Assembly (NCBI GenBank): GCA_043228905.1
Contig: JBHGNT010000012.1
Location: 12,028,001-12,092,000, forward strand
Length of the DNA: 64,000 nucleotides
Direction: 5' to 3'
DNA from: Azolla caroliniana
Lineage: Eukaryota; Plantae; Polypodiophyta
Part shown: positions 13,207-25,812 of the stretch, piece after piece
How positions within the stretch are numbered: position 1 is the stretch's first letter
Layout of the letters: each line of letters begins with the position of its first letter
Made by a program: the position numbers and the translations under genes
The notes under the pieces: model-generated
The model's input: the letters and a program-made list of their open reading frames with translations, nothing else
The model's database searches: none
What the model was told of the DNA's origin: nothing

Positions 13207-15125
13207 TGTTAGGAATCTACCACCCACAACTAGTTACACGTCGTATTCAGGTTCAAAAAACAAGAGAGCTAATCCACAGACAGAAAACAAGTACAAAGAG
13301 ACACTGGATGTTTAACGTGAAAACCCAAACTAGGAAAACCACGTGGAGTCTATAAACTCCAAATAGATCATTGTGGTAGGGAAGAAGTACAATGAGGAAC
13401 TCGGAGGCAACACCCTCGAGTTCTCCTTCGTCTGACAGAGGGATACATAGTTGCACTCTCACACTCTCACTCTTCCTCTCACAGTTACGGAGGTAACTAC
13501 CTCCACTAACTCTATGACAACTAATGATCAACACACACTTCTATAAAGTTTGCCCTAGTTGTTTTTATACCAAAACAACTTTAAGGTTATTTATAAGTAT
13601 GGCCCACAAGGGGCATTTTAGACTATTTACAATTATAGTCTTCCAAATCGATTTCAATCGGCCTCGGCCGAATTACTTTCGATTTTGGCCGAGGCCGAAG
13701 TTACTCACCAACTCGGTTCTTCTCTTCCCATCCGGAGGGACCTGTTTCCCAACAAACTCCCCCTTCACTCTGGTATGGGTTACTTCACCAAACCGACTCT
13801 CTTTTGGCACGCGTTTAGCTTCTCTCTTTCGCAAGGTGGATGGGACTCTGGTTATCACAATGGAGTTGGAATTCCTCCTACGGAATTCCCAGCTCACCGA
13901 TAAACTCCTTCATCCATATGATTTCCTTGTTGGCTTCTGCTGCGGCCATATATTTCGGCTTCCGTGGTCGACAACGCCACGGCCTTTTGCAACCTCGACT
14001 ACCATGAAACAACTCCCCCTACATAAGTCATTACGTACCTGGACATGGATCGGTTGGTATTCACATCAACCGACATATCCGAGTCAGTATAACCTTCCAG
14101 TGTGGGGTTACCCAAACCGAAACGAAGACACATGTTCGAGGTGCCTTTTAGGTACCGAAGTATCCACTTCACGGCAACCCAATGCTCTCTTCTAGGGTTG
14201 CTCATATATCATGCAACCACGCCGATTGCGTATCCTATGTTCGGCCTGCGTTTTGTGGTACCCGTTGTCGGTCATAAAGGATTCGAATTTTCGGTACCAT
14301 TGCCGAGGAGCTTGCTTCAACCCGTACAAGCTCTTCCTCAATTGACATACCGGATTTTCTTTACCTTTTTCCACAAATCCTTCCGGTTGGTGCATGTATA
14401 TCTCTTCTAGGGTTGCTCATATATCAGGCAACCACGCCGATTGCGTATCCTATGTTCGGCCTGTGTTTTGTGGTACCCGTTGTCGGTCATAAAGGATTCG
14501 AATTTTCGGTACCATTGCCGAGGAGCTTGCTTCAACCCGTACAAGCTCTTCCTCAATTGACATACCGGATTTTCTTTACCTTTTTCCACAAATCCTTCCG
14601 GTTGGTGCATGTATATCTCTTCCTCCAAATCTCCATGGAGGAAGGCAATCTTGACGTCCAGTTGTTTGACTTCGAGATCCATGTTGGTCATGATGCTCAA
14701 CATTGTTCGGATAGAAGTCATCTTCACGACCAGGACAAATATTTCATCGAAATCGACACCCTTCTTCTGCTGAAAGCCTTTCACGAAGATTCGTGCTTTG
14801 TACCTCGGTGGATTCCCGCCATCTCCCGGTTTCAACTTGTATACCCATTTATTCCGAAGTGCCTTCTTTCCTCTCGGCAGTTTGGTCAGTTCATATGTGC
14901 GGTTCTCATGCAAGGAATCCATCTCCTCTTGCATGACACTCAACCACTTCCGGGTGTGGGTATCTTCCTTAGCTTCTTCAAAGATTTCCGGCTCCTCATC
15001 GGTTAGCAGTACACGCTCTTCATCCGGAAATCTTCGGGGGACCCTCCTTTCTCTTAGGGGGTCTCTTCGGCCTCCATTCGGCATGGTCGGTTCTTCTTCG
15101 ACTTCTTCGGCCGAGTCGAATTAGG
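13207..15125 (-). mobile_element. 5'-truncated Ty1/Copia element: RT and RNase H remnants plus 3' LTR (13207-13754)
   Basis: LTR TGTT...AACA; PPT GAGTGAAGGGGGAG at 13757-13770 (minus strand); [43 protein letters not shown]; RNase H EGYTDSDM. Confidence 0.9.
14186..14621. repeat. 215-bp tandem duplication within the Copia RT
   Basis: tctagggttgctcatatatc at 14191 and 14406; the peptide [15 protein letters not shown]...IYEQP appears twice. Confidence 0.92.
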
Positions 15126-18100
15126 TTCCTTGTGAAATTTACAAGAGAATGTACAAAAATTACAAAATGACTAACACCTATATTTATACATATTTGTGAA
15201 TTGCCATATTGATGTAACATACAATATTTACATTTCATATATGAGATCCATCACTTCCCAGAGATACACCTTCCCCTTCAAACCCACCCGATGAACTAGA
15301 AGAGCTTTGTTAGATCTCATTCTCATCATTACTAGCAACCAGTGCATTGTCTTCATCCAATTGCAATCCAACGTCACCTTGATTATGAGACATACTCCTT
15401 GTTCGTATCTGTAATGCGTAAACAGGCACATATGGGACCTTCTCTTTTATTATCTTGATTGTAGTCTTTCTTAGATGGTCTGTTTTGGTCAAGAAGAAGT
15501 CATACACAAGTATGTTGACATTATCAAGTGTTAGAGTAGACGTGCTGGGTAGATTCTTTCTTCTCCGCTTTCTGCTTGTGCCTCCAACATCCTTAACCAT
15601 CTCTAAAGAGTACTTCTAGTAAACATATATTTGGAAGAGGTATGATACCAATGAACCACAATGGATTGAACTTGATTGCCTTCATCATCCTTAATAATTT
15701 CAATGATTTTAGCAATCCAAAAGGAATGGCCCAACTTCTCACCCCCAGTTAATCTTTTTGAAAATACCCCTGTCTACTAACATGCTTAAATAAACAATTG
15801 TGGAGCACAATTTTATCACCAATTTGTTTTGAGAATATATGGGGGTTTTATGGTTTTGTCTTTTGCTTCCTTAAAACATAAAAGTGCATTGTTTGATAAA
15901 GTTATATGTTCTTTGGCAAATGGTTGGTGCTTGTAAAATAATTGTACCAGTACATGAAAAGGCATAAAAGAAGTGTAGATTTTATGTGTCAAGGAATACA
16001 ATTACTAATAGTATGATGAGTGCATATGAATGAACTTTGTTTTAAATTGAAGTGGAAGACATTTTACATGAGATTGCTTTGGATATGGTCAATGGGGTCA
16101 CTTGATGGCCGAATGCCAACATCTTCATGCTTTATCTCTATAAGGGGTTGGTAAGGAAGGATTTGGGAAAGATGTAGGAATATCTCATACATTTTTACTA
16201 GATGCTTGGTTTTTTTAGCTAAAAATTTTGTAGCTATCCTTCAACAAGCTGAATCATAGGATACCATTATAAAAATCCTCTCATCAAATACAAACTTTTA
16301 GAATACATGAGAGTGGAGATATTTCCCACAACTTACAATAAATTTAAGGAGACTAAAATTAAGATACAAACAAGAAGACTTTACAATGACCAACATTGTT
16401 GTGTAGAGAGCAAGGGATTAAATTGATAGAAGATGCAAAAAAAATGAAAGAGTATGTGGGATTTAGCATGGTGAGTTTTGATCGACAACATGCTATCTTG
16501 ATCAATAGCATGTGTCGTCACTTTTCCTTGATAATCAACTTCCACAAAGGTGCATTACTCATTTTGTTTTAACCATATGGATCACCTTATAGCTTGTGCA
16601 TTGTAGATCACCTTTCTCCATTTGATGCCCTTAGCGAGGTTCAAACTCTTACCATAATATAGGAGATGGCAACGATACGGCTCAAACCAAAATTGAGCCA
16701 ACCGTTTTTGAATAGTTTGGCAGTTCGAGTCAAGCTTGAGCTTCCTTATTGGTTCGAGCTCGCTTAAATTTGGCTTGAGCTTTCCAACTTGGTTCCCAAA
16801 CTAGTTTAGGCTTTTTGGCCCAAATCGGTTTAGGATTAAGTGGTTAAGCCTAATTGGTTTAGCGATCTATTCAATTTTGTTTGGTTCAAGTTTCGAAACT
16901 CTTAAACTAGTTAAGGCTTAAGGTGAAACCGAACCGTTGTTGATTCATACCATAATAGAAACTTCCTTTTGAAGGATGGATCGTTGTTTGTCCTTGGTAC
17001 TCTTCTTTTGCAAAAATTACATTTCTTATTTCATTTGTAGAATGCCCTATATCTTGTGCCTTGTAGATCACTGTACCTCCTTTATTGCCCCTAAAAAGGT
17101 TCCAATTCTTGTCCTTTTTGTTCAAAATGGTTAGGTATTGCTGCTACTTGAGCAACTTCAATGATTGGTTTCTCATCTCCTCTCAACTCCTTTCAATGAT
17201 TGTCGGGGCTTCACACACCCCACATTACAACATCCACCCCCCACCAAACCTACATATCCCTAGTATGCGCCAAATATGATGTGGGTAGGAAGTCCAACTC
17301 TTGCTTGTCTCATCATTGACTCCTCGTTTTCTTCATTAGCTTCTTCGTCATTGACCCAATCTCTGTTCTTGTAACTATTTGAAAATATTCACTCTTTTCC
17401 TAATAGTAGGAATTCCCAACTTTGTTCTATGAAGTTTAGCTAATTGGTATGTGTGAAGTCAATTTTTGGTCGTAAGAAAATATGTATTGTTGCAAATACG
17501 TTGGATGTTAATATGTCCAAGAATAAAGTGTGATATGAAAGGGTCAAGTATCATAACAACGAAAGAAGGAAGGAACTTGAAGGAAGGGATAATATCATGA
17601 TATCCATCCTCCCATAATATTTGTGTCATACTCATACTCCATGGATGAATCGATGTAAGGCGAGAGAGATCCTAATATGTGCATTGTGTACAATACTAAA
17701 TACTTATACAATTGGTGGAGAGAGAGAGGGCTATGGGGGGGAGGAGGTTCTGTTCAAAACCAGTTGTCGATACATATAAGTAATAATGTATGTATATACA
17801 TATTTATATACATTCATATATTATATATACATATATGGATTTAGAGAAGCCCACACTAACTTATACTTGGCTGCTCGCCGCCCTTCCTACTATTGTTGTT
17901 GTTGTTGGTGGTGTTGTAGTCAGTAGTAATCATAACAGACACTTATCGTGATCTTCTTGTTTCTGTAAGCTCCCATGTATGTACATACATATATATGTAC
18001 CTACAGGCTACTATGTACCATCTCCTCATGTTATGCATATACATATGTATGTATGTACATAGATGATGTTGTTTGAACTTTGTAGTAATAGTAGTAGTAT

Positions 18101-18157
18101 GTAGTATGTATGTATGTATGTATGTATGTAGTATGTATGTAGTTGGAAGAGGAGAGA

Positions 18158-18278
18158 ATGGTATGCAGGGATTCTATGTACTGTATGCTGCAGAAGTGCC
18201 GGGACGCCCCTGCTGCAAGACGGGTTCATTGCCTCCTCATGCTTAGTAGTAGTAGCAGCAGCGAAGTGGATTGGTGGT

Positions 18279-18318
<40 letters not shown>

Positions 18319-21028
18319 GGCCGATATTCTCATTAGATCTTTCACATCCTTCGGTTTGGGATGCCTGTTGGATGCCTGTTTAGTGTTCTGCAGCATCCCA
18401 CACCCAAACGTATACACGTGGCATGCCATCATCTCTGCTCATGTTGCCCTGGATGAGAGTGAGCGTGCTCTCACACTCTACACAAGAATGCAAGCTGGGC
18501 GTACAGAACCTGACAAGGTGCTGCTTCTTTGCATCTTGAAAGCTTGCAGCAACATAGGGGCTTTTGAGGAGGGCTGTTTTGTGTACAGACAGGCTATCAT
18601 ACACAAGTTTGAAATGCATCCCTCCATTCAGAGTGCTGTCATCCACATGTTTGCAAATTGTGGGAGTATTGATGACGCCCGCAAGGTTTTCGACACCTAT
18701 GGGAAACGGGATACAGTGCTATGGAGCACCATGATCACAGCATATGTCCATCATGACCATGCTGTTGATGCCATTCAACTTTACAGGAATTTGCATTTTG
18801 AGGGCATTGAACCAGACAAAGTCACTTTTCTTTGCATTCTAAAAGTGATAAGCTGTGGTGACTTGATGTACATGGGCATGATGATACATCATGAGATTCT
18901 CATGAGACAAGATGAAGTGGATGCTGTACTTGGTAGCACAATCGTCCACATGTATGTGAAATGTGGCTGTATGGACGATGCGCAGGCAGCCTTTGACAAA
19001 CTTCAGAGTCGCAATGCGGTGACATGGAATGCTATGATTGCTGGACATGCTTGGCATGGACATGGCTATTCTGCTCTTGAACTTTACTCAAGAATGCAGC
19101 TGCAAGATGGTTTTCAACCGCAGAAGATTACATTTTTATGCACTCTTAAAGCATGTGGCAACATAGGGATAGTAGAACAGGGAAGACTGGTACATGATCA
19201 GCTTATCCAAAATGAGTTTGACTGGGATCCTGAACTTAACAATGTGCTTATTGATATGTATGCAAAGTGTAGGAGTCTGAGTGAGGCTCATAAAGTATTC
19301 AAAATTGGCAACATGCGAGAGGTTGTGGCATGGAATTCACTCATTGGTGGATATTCACAGCAGGGGCAATCTGAATATGTACTAGGTCTTTTCCGGGATA
19401 TGCAGAAAGAAGGCTTAATGCCCGACAAAGTCACATTTGCATATACTTTGAAAGCATGTGCAAGCATGGAAACACTCAACCATGGGAGGTTATTACATGA
19501 CAAGATTATAAAAGTAGGGCTCGACTTTGATGTAGTTGTGGGGAGTGCTATAGTCGACATGTACTGCAAGTGCAAGAGTTTGAAGGATGGCCGAAAGGTT
19601 TTTGAGGGCATAAAAGGAAGAAACCTAGTATCATGGAATGTGATTATATCTGGACATATCCAATGTGACAAAGATCAATTAGCTTTGGAACTTTTTGAGC
19701 AGATGCATCTTGAGGGTGTTGAACCAAATCATGTGACACTTTCATGCATCCTAAAAGCGTGCAGTAACTTGGGAGACATTGAGAAGAGCAAAATAGTACA
19801 TGATAGGATTATACGGTCTGGATCTGGGATTGATGCCATTCTTGTTTGCACATTAGTAGATGTATATGCCAAATGTGGAGGCCTGAAAGAATCTCGTTGG
19901 GCTTTTGATCGATTGCCTGATCGCAATGTGGCAGCCTGGGCAGCATTAATCACAGGGTATTCAAACCATGGACACAGTCTCCATGCCCTTAAAGTGTTCC
20001 AGGAGATGCAAGAAGACGGATTGAAGCCTGACAAGGTTACCTATCTGTGTGCGCTGAAGGCTGCAAGCTTATTGAATGCTGTTGAAGATGGCAACTTGAT
20101 ACATGACCAAATACTACGTGACAACTTTGACTCAGATATCGTGATTGGAAACACTCTTGTTGACATGTATGCCAAATGCAACAAGTTAGATGACGCCTGT
20201 AAAGTGTTTGATGAATTGCCATCACGAGATGTTGTCTCATGGGGTGCTATAATTACAGGACGTGTACAATGTGGAGATGGTGTAGTTGCTTTGGGTCTTT
20301 ATGAGGAAATGGAAGCTGAGGGAAAAGAACCAGAGAGGTCTACATATTTGTGCATACTAAGAGCTTGTGGGAGTGTGGGAGCCATTGAAGAGGGAAACAT
20401 TGTTCATGAAAAGGTTGTGAGACAATGTTTGGATTCTGATGCTGCCATTGGCAACACACTGGTGGACATGTATGCCAAGTGTGGAAGGATGAGAGATGCA
20501 GAGAATGTTTTCCAAGGATTGTTCTGCAGAGATGTGGTATCGTGGAATGCCATGATTTCTGGTCATGCCCTGCAAGGGAACTACGGGGCAGTAAGATGGT
20601 ATCTTCGAGACATGCAGAGACATGGGTTGAACCCTGATGACAGAACGTACACCAGTATTCTTGCTTCTTGTGGCCATGCAGGTGCAGTGGAAGAGTGTCT
20701 TGATTTCTTCAAGAACATGAATGATGTCAAGCCAGGCATGGAACACTTCAATTGTATGATTGATGTTTTTGCGCGATCTGGTTGTCTAGCAGATGCAAAA
20801 GAAATATTGCAAAGTATGCCAGGCTTGCCAGATAGCACAGGGTGGGTATCCTTGCTGTCTTCTTGCAAAGTGCATGGTGATCTTAAAATAGGAGGTCAGT
20901 GCTTCAACCAGGTAATGGAGACTGATCCAGATATGCTCACCATGCCCAGCATTTTGTACGGAGACTCACATTGTCACCATGCAGCTAGAAGAAGATCAGG
21001 AGACCTCCAAAAGTTTGCAGGTGTATAG
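18158..21028 (+). CDS. PLS-class pentatricopeptide repeat protein with E domain and no DYW domain; putative organellar RNA-editing or RNA-binding factor
   Basis: About 956 uninterrupted codons of P-L-S triplets (e.g. VVSWNAMISGHA, PDKVTFLCILKAC, GNTLVDMYAKCG) ending HFNCMIDVFARSG...WVSLLSSCKVHG. First ATG at 18158; the ORF track starts at TTG 18143; the true start may depend on an upstream exon. Confidence 0.93.
18279..18316 (+). repeat. (AGC)n microsatellite encoding poly-Ser in the PPR N-terminus
   Basis: About 12 AGC units in frame. Confidence 0.9.
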
Positions 21029-21904
21029 ACGAAAGCGTGGAAACACATGCATTGAGAAGTAGGAATCTGTGTTGTCAGGATGGAGTCTCTTCCCCAAAAT
21101 GTCAACTGTCATATTAAATTGTTGGGTGATATCGTGGGGCAAGAAGATCTAACATCAGGGTTTTTGACCAAGTTTGAAGGAGTAAATATGCGATTCTCAA
21201 GAAAATTGACAAGGCTGAACAACAACTTGGCTCACAAACCTAGCATCCACGTCAAAATAATAAAAAAATCTGCATTTAACTCATGATGGTCTCACAGCTC
21301 TGAAGGTAGTAGTGATTACAAGCTAAATAGGGATGGGGTCACCCTAGATTGAATAGAATACGAATGTGGGATGGGTTCCATAACCACTAAATTAAAATCC
21401 CAGTGCATGTTCATTCTCATCAATCTGTTGGACAGATTGTAACTTAACTAGGTGAGACAATGAAAGATGAAAGATGAAAGATGTGGAAGTTTCACCACAA
21501 CAAATCACATGCTAAAGAAAGGACACACCACTAGAATGGAAAATTGAATCCATTCTTGTAAGAGTGCACATATTACAACAAAGACCTCCTTTGTAGCTCA
21601 TATTGTGTCCAAAATGGGTTAGTTTCAAACTCGTGTTCGACACTATGAGGATGAGAATAGACACATATCAAGATGCTTCTTTGGCGTAAATAAATGAGCA
21701 GAGATGATAACAAGTATATGACGTATTCTCAAAATGACAAAGTCTTGTTTTGATCTCAAACAAAATTTGAACACAAACCTTTTCAATACAGTTGACCAGA
21801 CTACACACAATGTGGAAGGTTCTCATTCAAGGATGTAGTGGTTAATAGTATCTTGAATAGATTTAGATCTTGCCCAAGATTTTTAAAGGAAAACATTCAA
21901 ATAA

Positions 21905-22610
21905 ATGGATTTTCAACTGAATCATTTTTTCAATTTTTTAAAATTTATTTATAGAAAAAATGAAAAATGGATTTTCAACGGAAAAAAACTAAAATTCGAT
22001 GCAGTGCATTAGATTTCAATTGAAAATCTATTTTTTTATAATTTGTGTTAATGGAAAAAAATATAAAAAATAAAGAGCATTTTAAAAAATAGATTTTCAA
22101 CTAAGATCCAATGCATTGCATTGGATTCTAGCTTTATAGACTAAAATTCGCTGCAATACATCGAATTTCAATTGATAATACATTTTTTTAATTTTTTAAT
22201 TTTTAATCTTGTTATAGAAAAAATGAAAAAATAAATAAATAATGGAAAAAATAAAAATTTGCGTATTTTCAACTAAAACCTGATGCAACGCATCAGATTC
22301 TAGATGTATAAAGTAAAATACAATGCAATGCATTAGATTTGAGTTGAAAATCCAAGGTTTTTTAATTTTTTTTAATTTTTTAAGGATATTTTAAAAGTGG
22401 ATTTTCAACTGAAATCCAATGCAGTGTATCATATTTTAGTCTATATAGCTAGAATTCGATGCAATGCATTATGTCTCAATTGAAAATGAAAAAGTATTTT
22501 TTTAATGGAAAAATTTAAAAAAATTCCAAGACTTACAACAAGAATCTAATGCACTACATCAAATTCTAGATGTATAGAGTAAAATTCGACATAATGCATC
22601 AAATCTAGAT
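21905..22610. repeat. AT-rich degenerate array of imperfect palindromic units
   Basis: Recurring ATTTTCAACT..ATGCA(G/A)TGCAT..AATTGAAAAT modules near 21970, 22092, 22265, 22400 and 22545, separated by A/T runs. Confidence 0.7.
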
Positions 22611-22629
22611 GGAATGAATCAGATTTCTG

Positions 22630-23053
22630 TTTGACATCAAAGGCTTACAATGAGAGTCTAAGAAAAACGAAAAAACATCCTTACGACATTTTTTAGATTC
22701 TAATGATTTTGGTAGAAGGTTTCTCTCACATAATCAAATATGGTAAATGGAAAGTACATAATTAAATATCATAACCAAAAAGTGAAGAAGAAAGAATGCA
22801 TCAAGCATATCTATTATAGAAATCTCTAAGCTATTCTATAGGAACCTGTAAATAAGGGCATACATGTATTCTCAAATGAATTCGAATCAACACCAGTATT
22901 TATCTCTCATTACATATCTTGTATCCATTCTCTTTCTTTCTCTATCTTAATACACCCATTCTTCTCTTAGCATTTCGTTCCTTTCTTCTCGTGTTCTCTT
23001 ATATCCTTCTTTCATCACTCTATCTTTTATTCTTGGTTCTGACAGTTTGATTC

Positions 23054-23093
<40 letters not shown>

Positions 23094-25812
23094 CTCCCCC
23101 CACCCCCCCCCCCCCCCTTTTTTAATCTTCCTTGTAACCATCACGAAACCATGGATGCCATTAACTCAGAAGAATATCTCACCCTTGTTGTAGAAATGGA
23201 GAATCTTAAATTCAAGTTCACATCTCTTGAAGTAGAGAATCAACGTCTACTTGGGGATCTACAAAAGGTTACTATTAGTATAGAGAAGTAGCAACAACAA
23301 GAGGAGTTCACGCAACGGGTTCAACAGTTAGAGTCGACAATCGTAGTGTTACAACAACAAAGGGTTGAAGGTCAAGGACTTATCAAGGAGCCCAAAATCA
23401 GCCTCCTAGCTAAATTTGATGGTTTGAGGGCGCATTTCCGAGGTTTCTTAATCAAGTACGGTTGGTGATTCAAATGCATCCCACGCGTTATCCGACAGAT
23501 GCATCATGAGTCAAGTTAGTGGCCACCTTATTGACTGGCATAGCGTTGTCGTGGTTTGCTCCATTGCTAGAGACAAATTATCCTCTACTAAATAATTTCG
23601 AGGAATTTATCAAAGAATTTAAGGCTTGTTTCGGAGATACTGATGGGGCGAGAACAACTATCAACAAGATTTGTACACTACGTCAAGGTGATCAGCTAGC
23701 TTCAACATATGCAACCAATTTCTATCTCATCGCAAGGGATATTCCTTGGGATGAACAAGGCCTAATGGAGCAATTCCGTTCAGGCCTTCGTAGTGATGTC
23801 AAAGACTTACTTCTTATCTTCCATGAGGATCCAATGTCACTTATAGAAGCTATTAGTCAAGCAATACGGTGTGATAATCACCTTTTTGAGTGTCGATGTG
23901 AGCGACAAAAACAAATAACAAGATCAAGATTCACACCAACTTATTCATCAGTAATGACGCAATCATCCCCAAGGCAAACATATAGCCTTGGTCCAACTCC
24001 TAGGGAAACACGTAGTCCAATCCCAATGGATAGTCCTACACCCATGGAGATTGATATGACTCAACGACAAGGACCGTTGTCGGACGAAGAGAAGCAATGA
24101 CGCCAAGGTCCAAGACATATAGCCATTCATTGCTCCCGTAGGCCGAGACATCAAGTAAATCAAAATTCACTATGACAATAAAAATAAGTCCAACATTTTA
24201 GAAGCAGTTAGTGAATCTACTATTATGAATAATCCACCCTTGTCCAATAAGTTTGAAGTCCTAAGTCAATTAGAAGAGGAGTCAAACGAATAAGTCCGGC
24301 CAAAATAGGAGCCATTTGGTTGGACAACCCTAGATATGTACAACCTAGTGTGGGTTCCATTTCTTCCAAGCATGTTAGTAGAGTCTTCTCAGCCCAAGTT
24401 GTCAACTTCAAGTCCAAGCCCTCTTAGATACTGGAGCCAATTCTTGTTTCATGGATAGAGATTTTCCCACAAACACCAAATATCCTTGCATACACTTCCG
24501 TGTCTAGTTTCTATAGTAGTGATTGATGGACGTCCCATAGCTTCCGGGAAGATATTCGAAGAGTTTGAGCCAATACACATACTCTTCGGTGATTTAGGAT
24601 GTCCACTTTCCTTTAACATAATCTGTAGTCATGAGCATTCAATTGTCCTCGGTTTGCGATGGTTCCAGCTACATAACCCTAGAATCGATTGGAGGAAGCG
24701 AGAAATTTGGTTTCCTTCAGCAGAAAATATCATTGCCAAGGATCGAACTCAAGATTATTCTCTTGAAGAATATAGTTCTACCAATGCACCATTTCCTTTT
24801 CATCAAATTTCAGCCATCACATTGCAACAATTGCGCCAAGTGGGAGGCAAGGAGGACCTTTTCTTATTTGCAATATCAGTGACACCTTCTAGTGCCACTC
24901 AAGGGAATTTGGACATCCAAATTCCCAAAAAATATCAAGACTATGCTGATGTTTTCGACAAAGTCAAAGGTAGTGTTCTTCCAAAGCATCGACCGTACGA
25001 CTGTCCTATTGATCTCCAACCAGGAAAAGAGCCACCGTGGGGTCTGATTTACAATTTATCACCCACTGAGCTTGAGGTTCTTTGAGAATACATCGAGGAA
25101 AATCTTGCACATGGGTTTATTCAACATTCAAAGTCTCTAGCTGGTGCTTCTATATTTTTTGTGAAGAAAAAGGACGGCTCCCTTCGTTTGGTCGTGGACT
25201 ATCGAGGCTTAAATAAAGTCATCATAAGGAATAGGTATGCTCTACCTTTAATCTCTAGTCTCTTAGAATGCATTGGGGGTGCATACAATCTTGTTCAAAT
25301 TCGACTGGGAGATGAGTGGAAAACTGCATTTCGTACTCGGTATGGTCATTTCAAGTATACAGTCATGCCTTCCGTGCTCACAAATGCACCCACAATATTT
25401 CAACATATGGCAAATGACATTTTTCGGGATTTCTTGGATATCTTTCTCATCATCTACGTAGATGATTTGTTGATTTACTCTAAAACACAAGAGGAGCATG
25501 ATATACATGTATGGAAAGAAATTGAACACTTAAGAAAGTATGGTCTTTATGCCAAACTTGAGAAATGTAGTTTTGATTGCAAACAAGTCACATTTTTGGA
25601 ATACACTATTTCATCCAAGGGTATTTTCATGGATCCAACAAAAATCCAAACAATATTGGAATGGAAACCCCCATGCTCAGTTCGGGACGTCTAATGTTTC
25701 CTCGGATTTGCGAACTTCTATCACAAATTCATATGCAGTTATTCAAGCATTGTGGTGCCCCTCACCCAACTCACCAAGAGCAATCAAGCATTTTTTTGGA
25801 GTATCGAAGCGG
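22630..25812 (+). mobile_element. Decayed chromovirus Ty3/Gypsy (Tcn1/Tf1-like): 5' LTR, gag, protease, RT; cut at 25812 by a later insertion
   Basis: LTR ends TGACA at 23044 (start approximate); gag from ATG 23150 (KEPKISL..KFDG..ALSWFAPLLE..PTPMEID); protease LLDTGA near 24423; [34 protein letters not shown]. Confidence 0.88.
23047..23059 (+). promoter_or_regulatory. Putative self-priming PBS (TTGATTCGAATTC), complementary to LTR bases 22878-22890
   Basis: 13-bp perfect complement of GAATTCGAATCAA, which begins 31 nt after a TATA-like TGTAAATA at 22847; no TGG-type tRNA PBS present. Confidence 0.75.

Noticed and set aside
16660-16945. hAT/MITE-like end (GGAGATGGCAAC followed by AACCG/GGTTCGAGC motifs)
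   Set aside because: No matching opposite terminus or TSD could be found by eye.
21080-21286. Independent small gene or DYW domain downstream of the PPR
   Set aside because: No deaminase motifs; best explained as an eroded E+ remnant.
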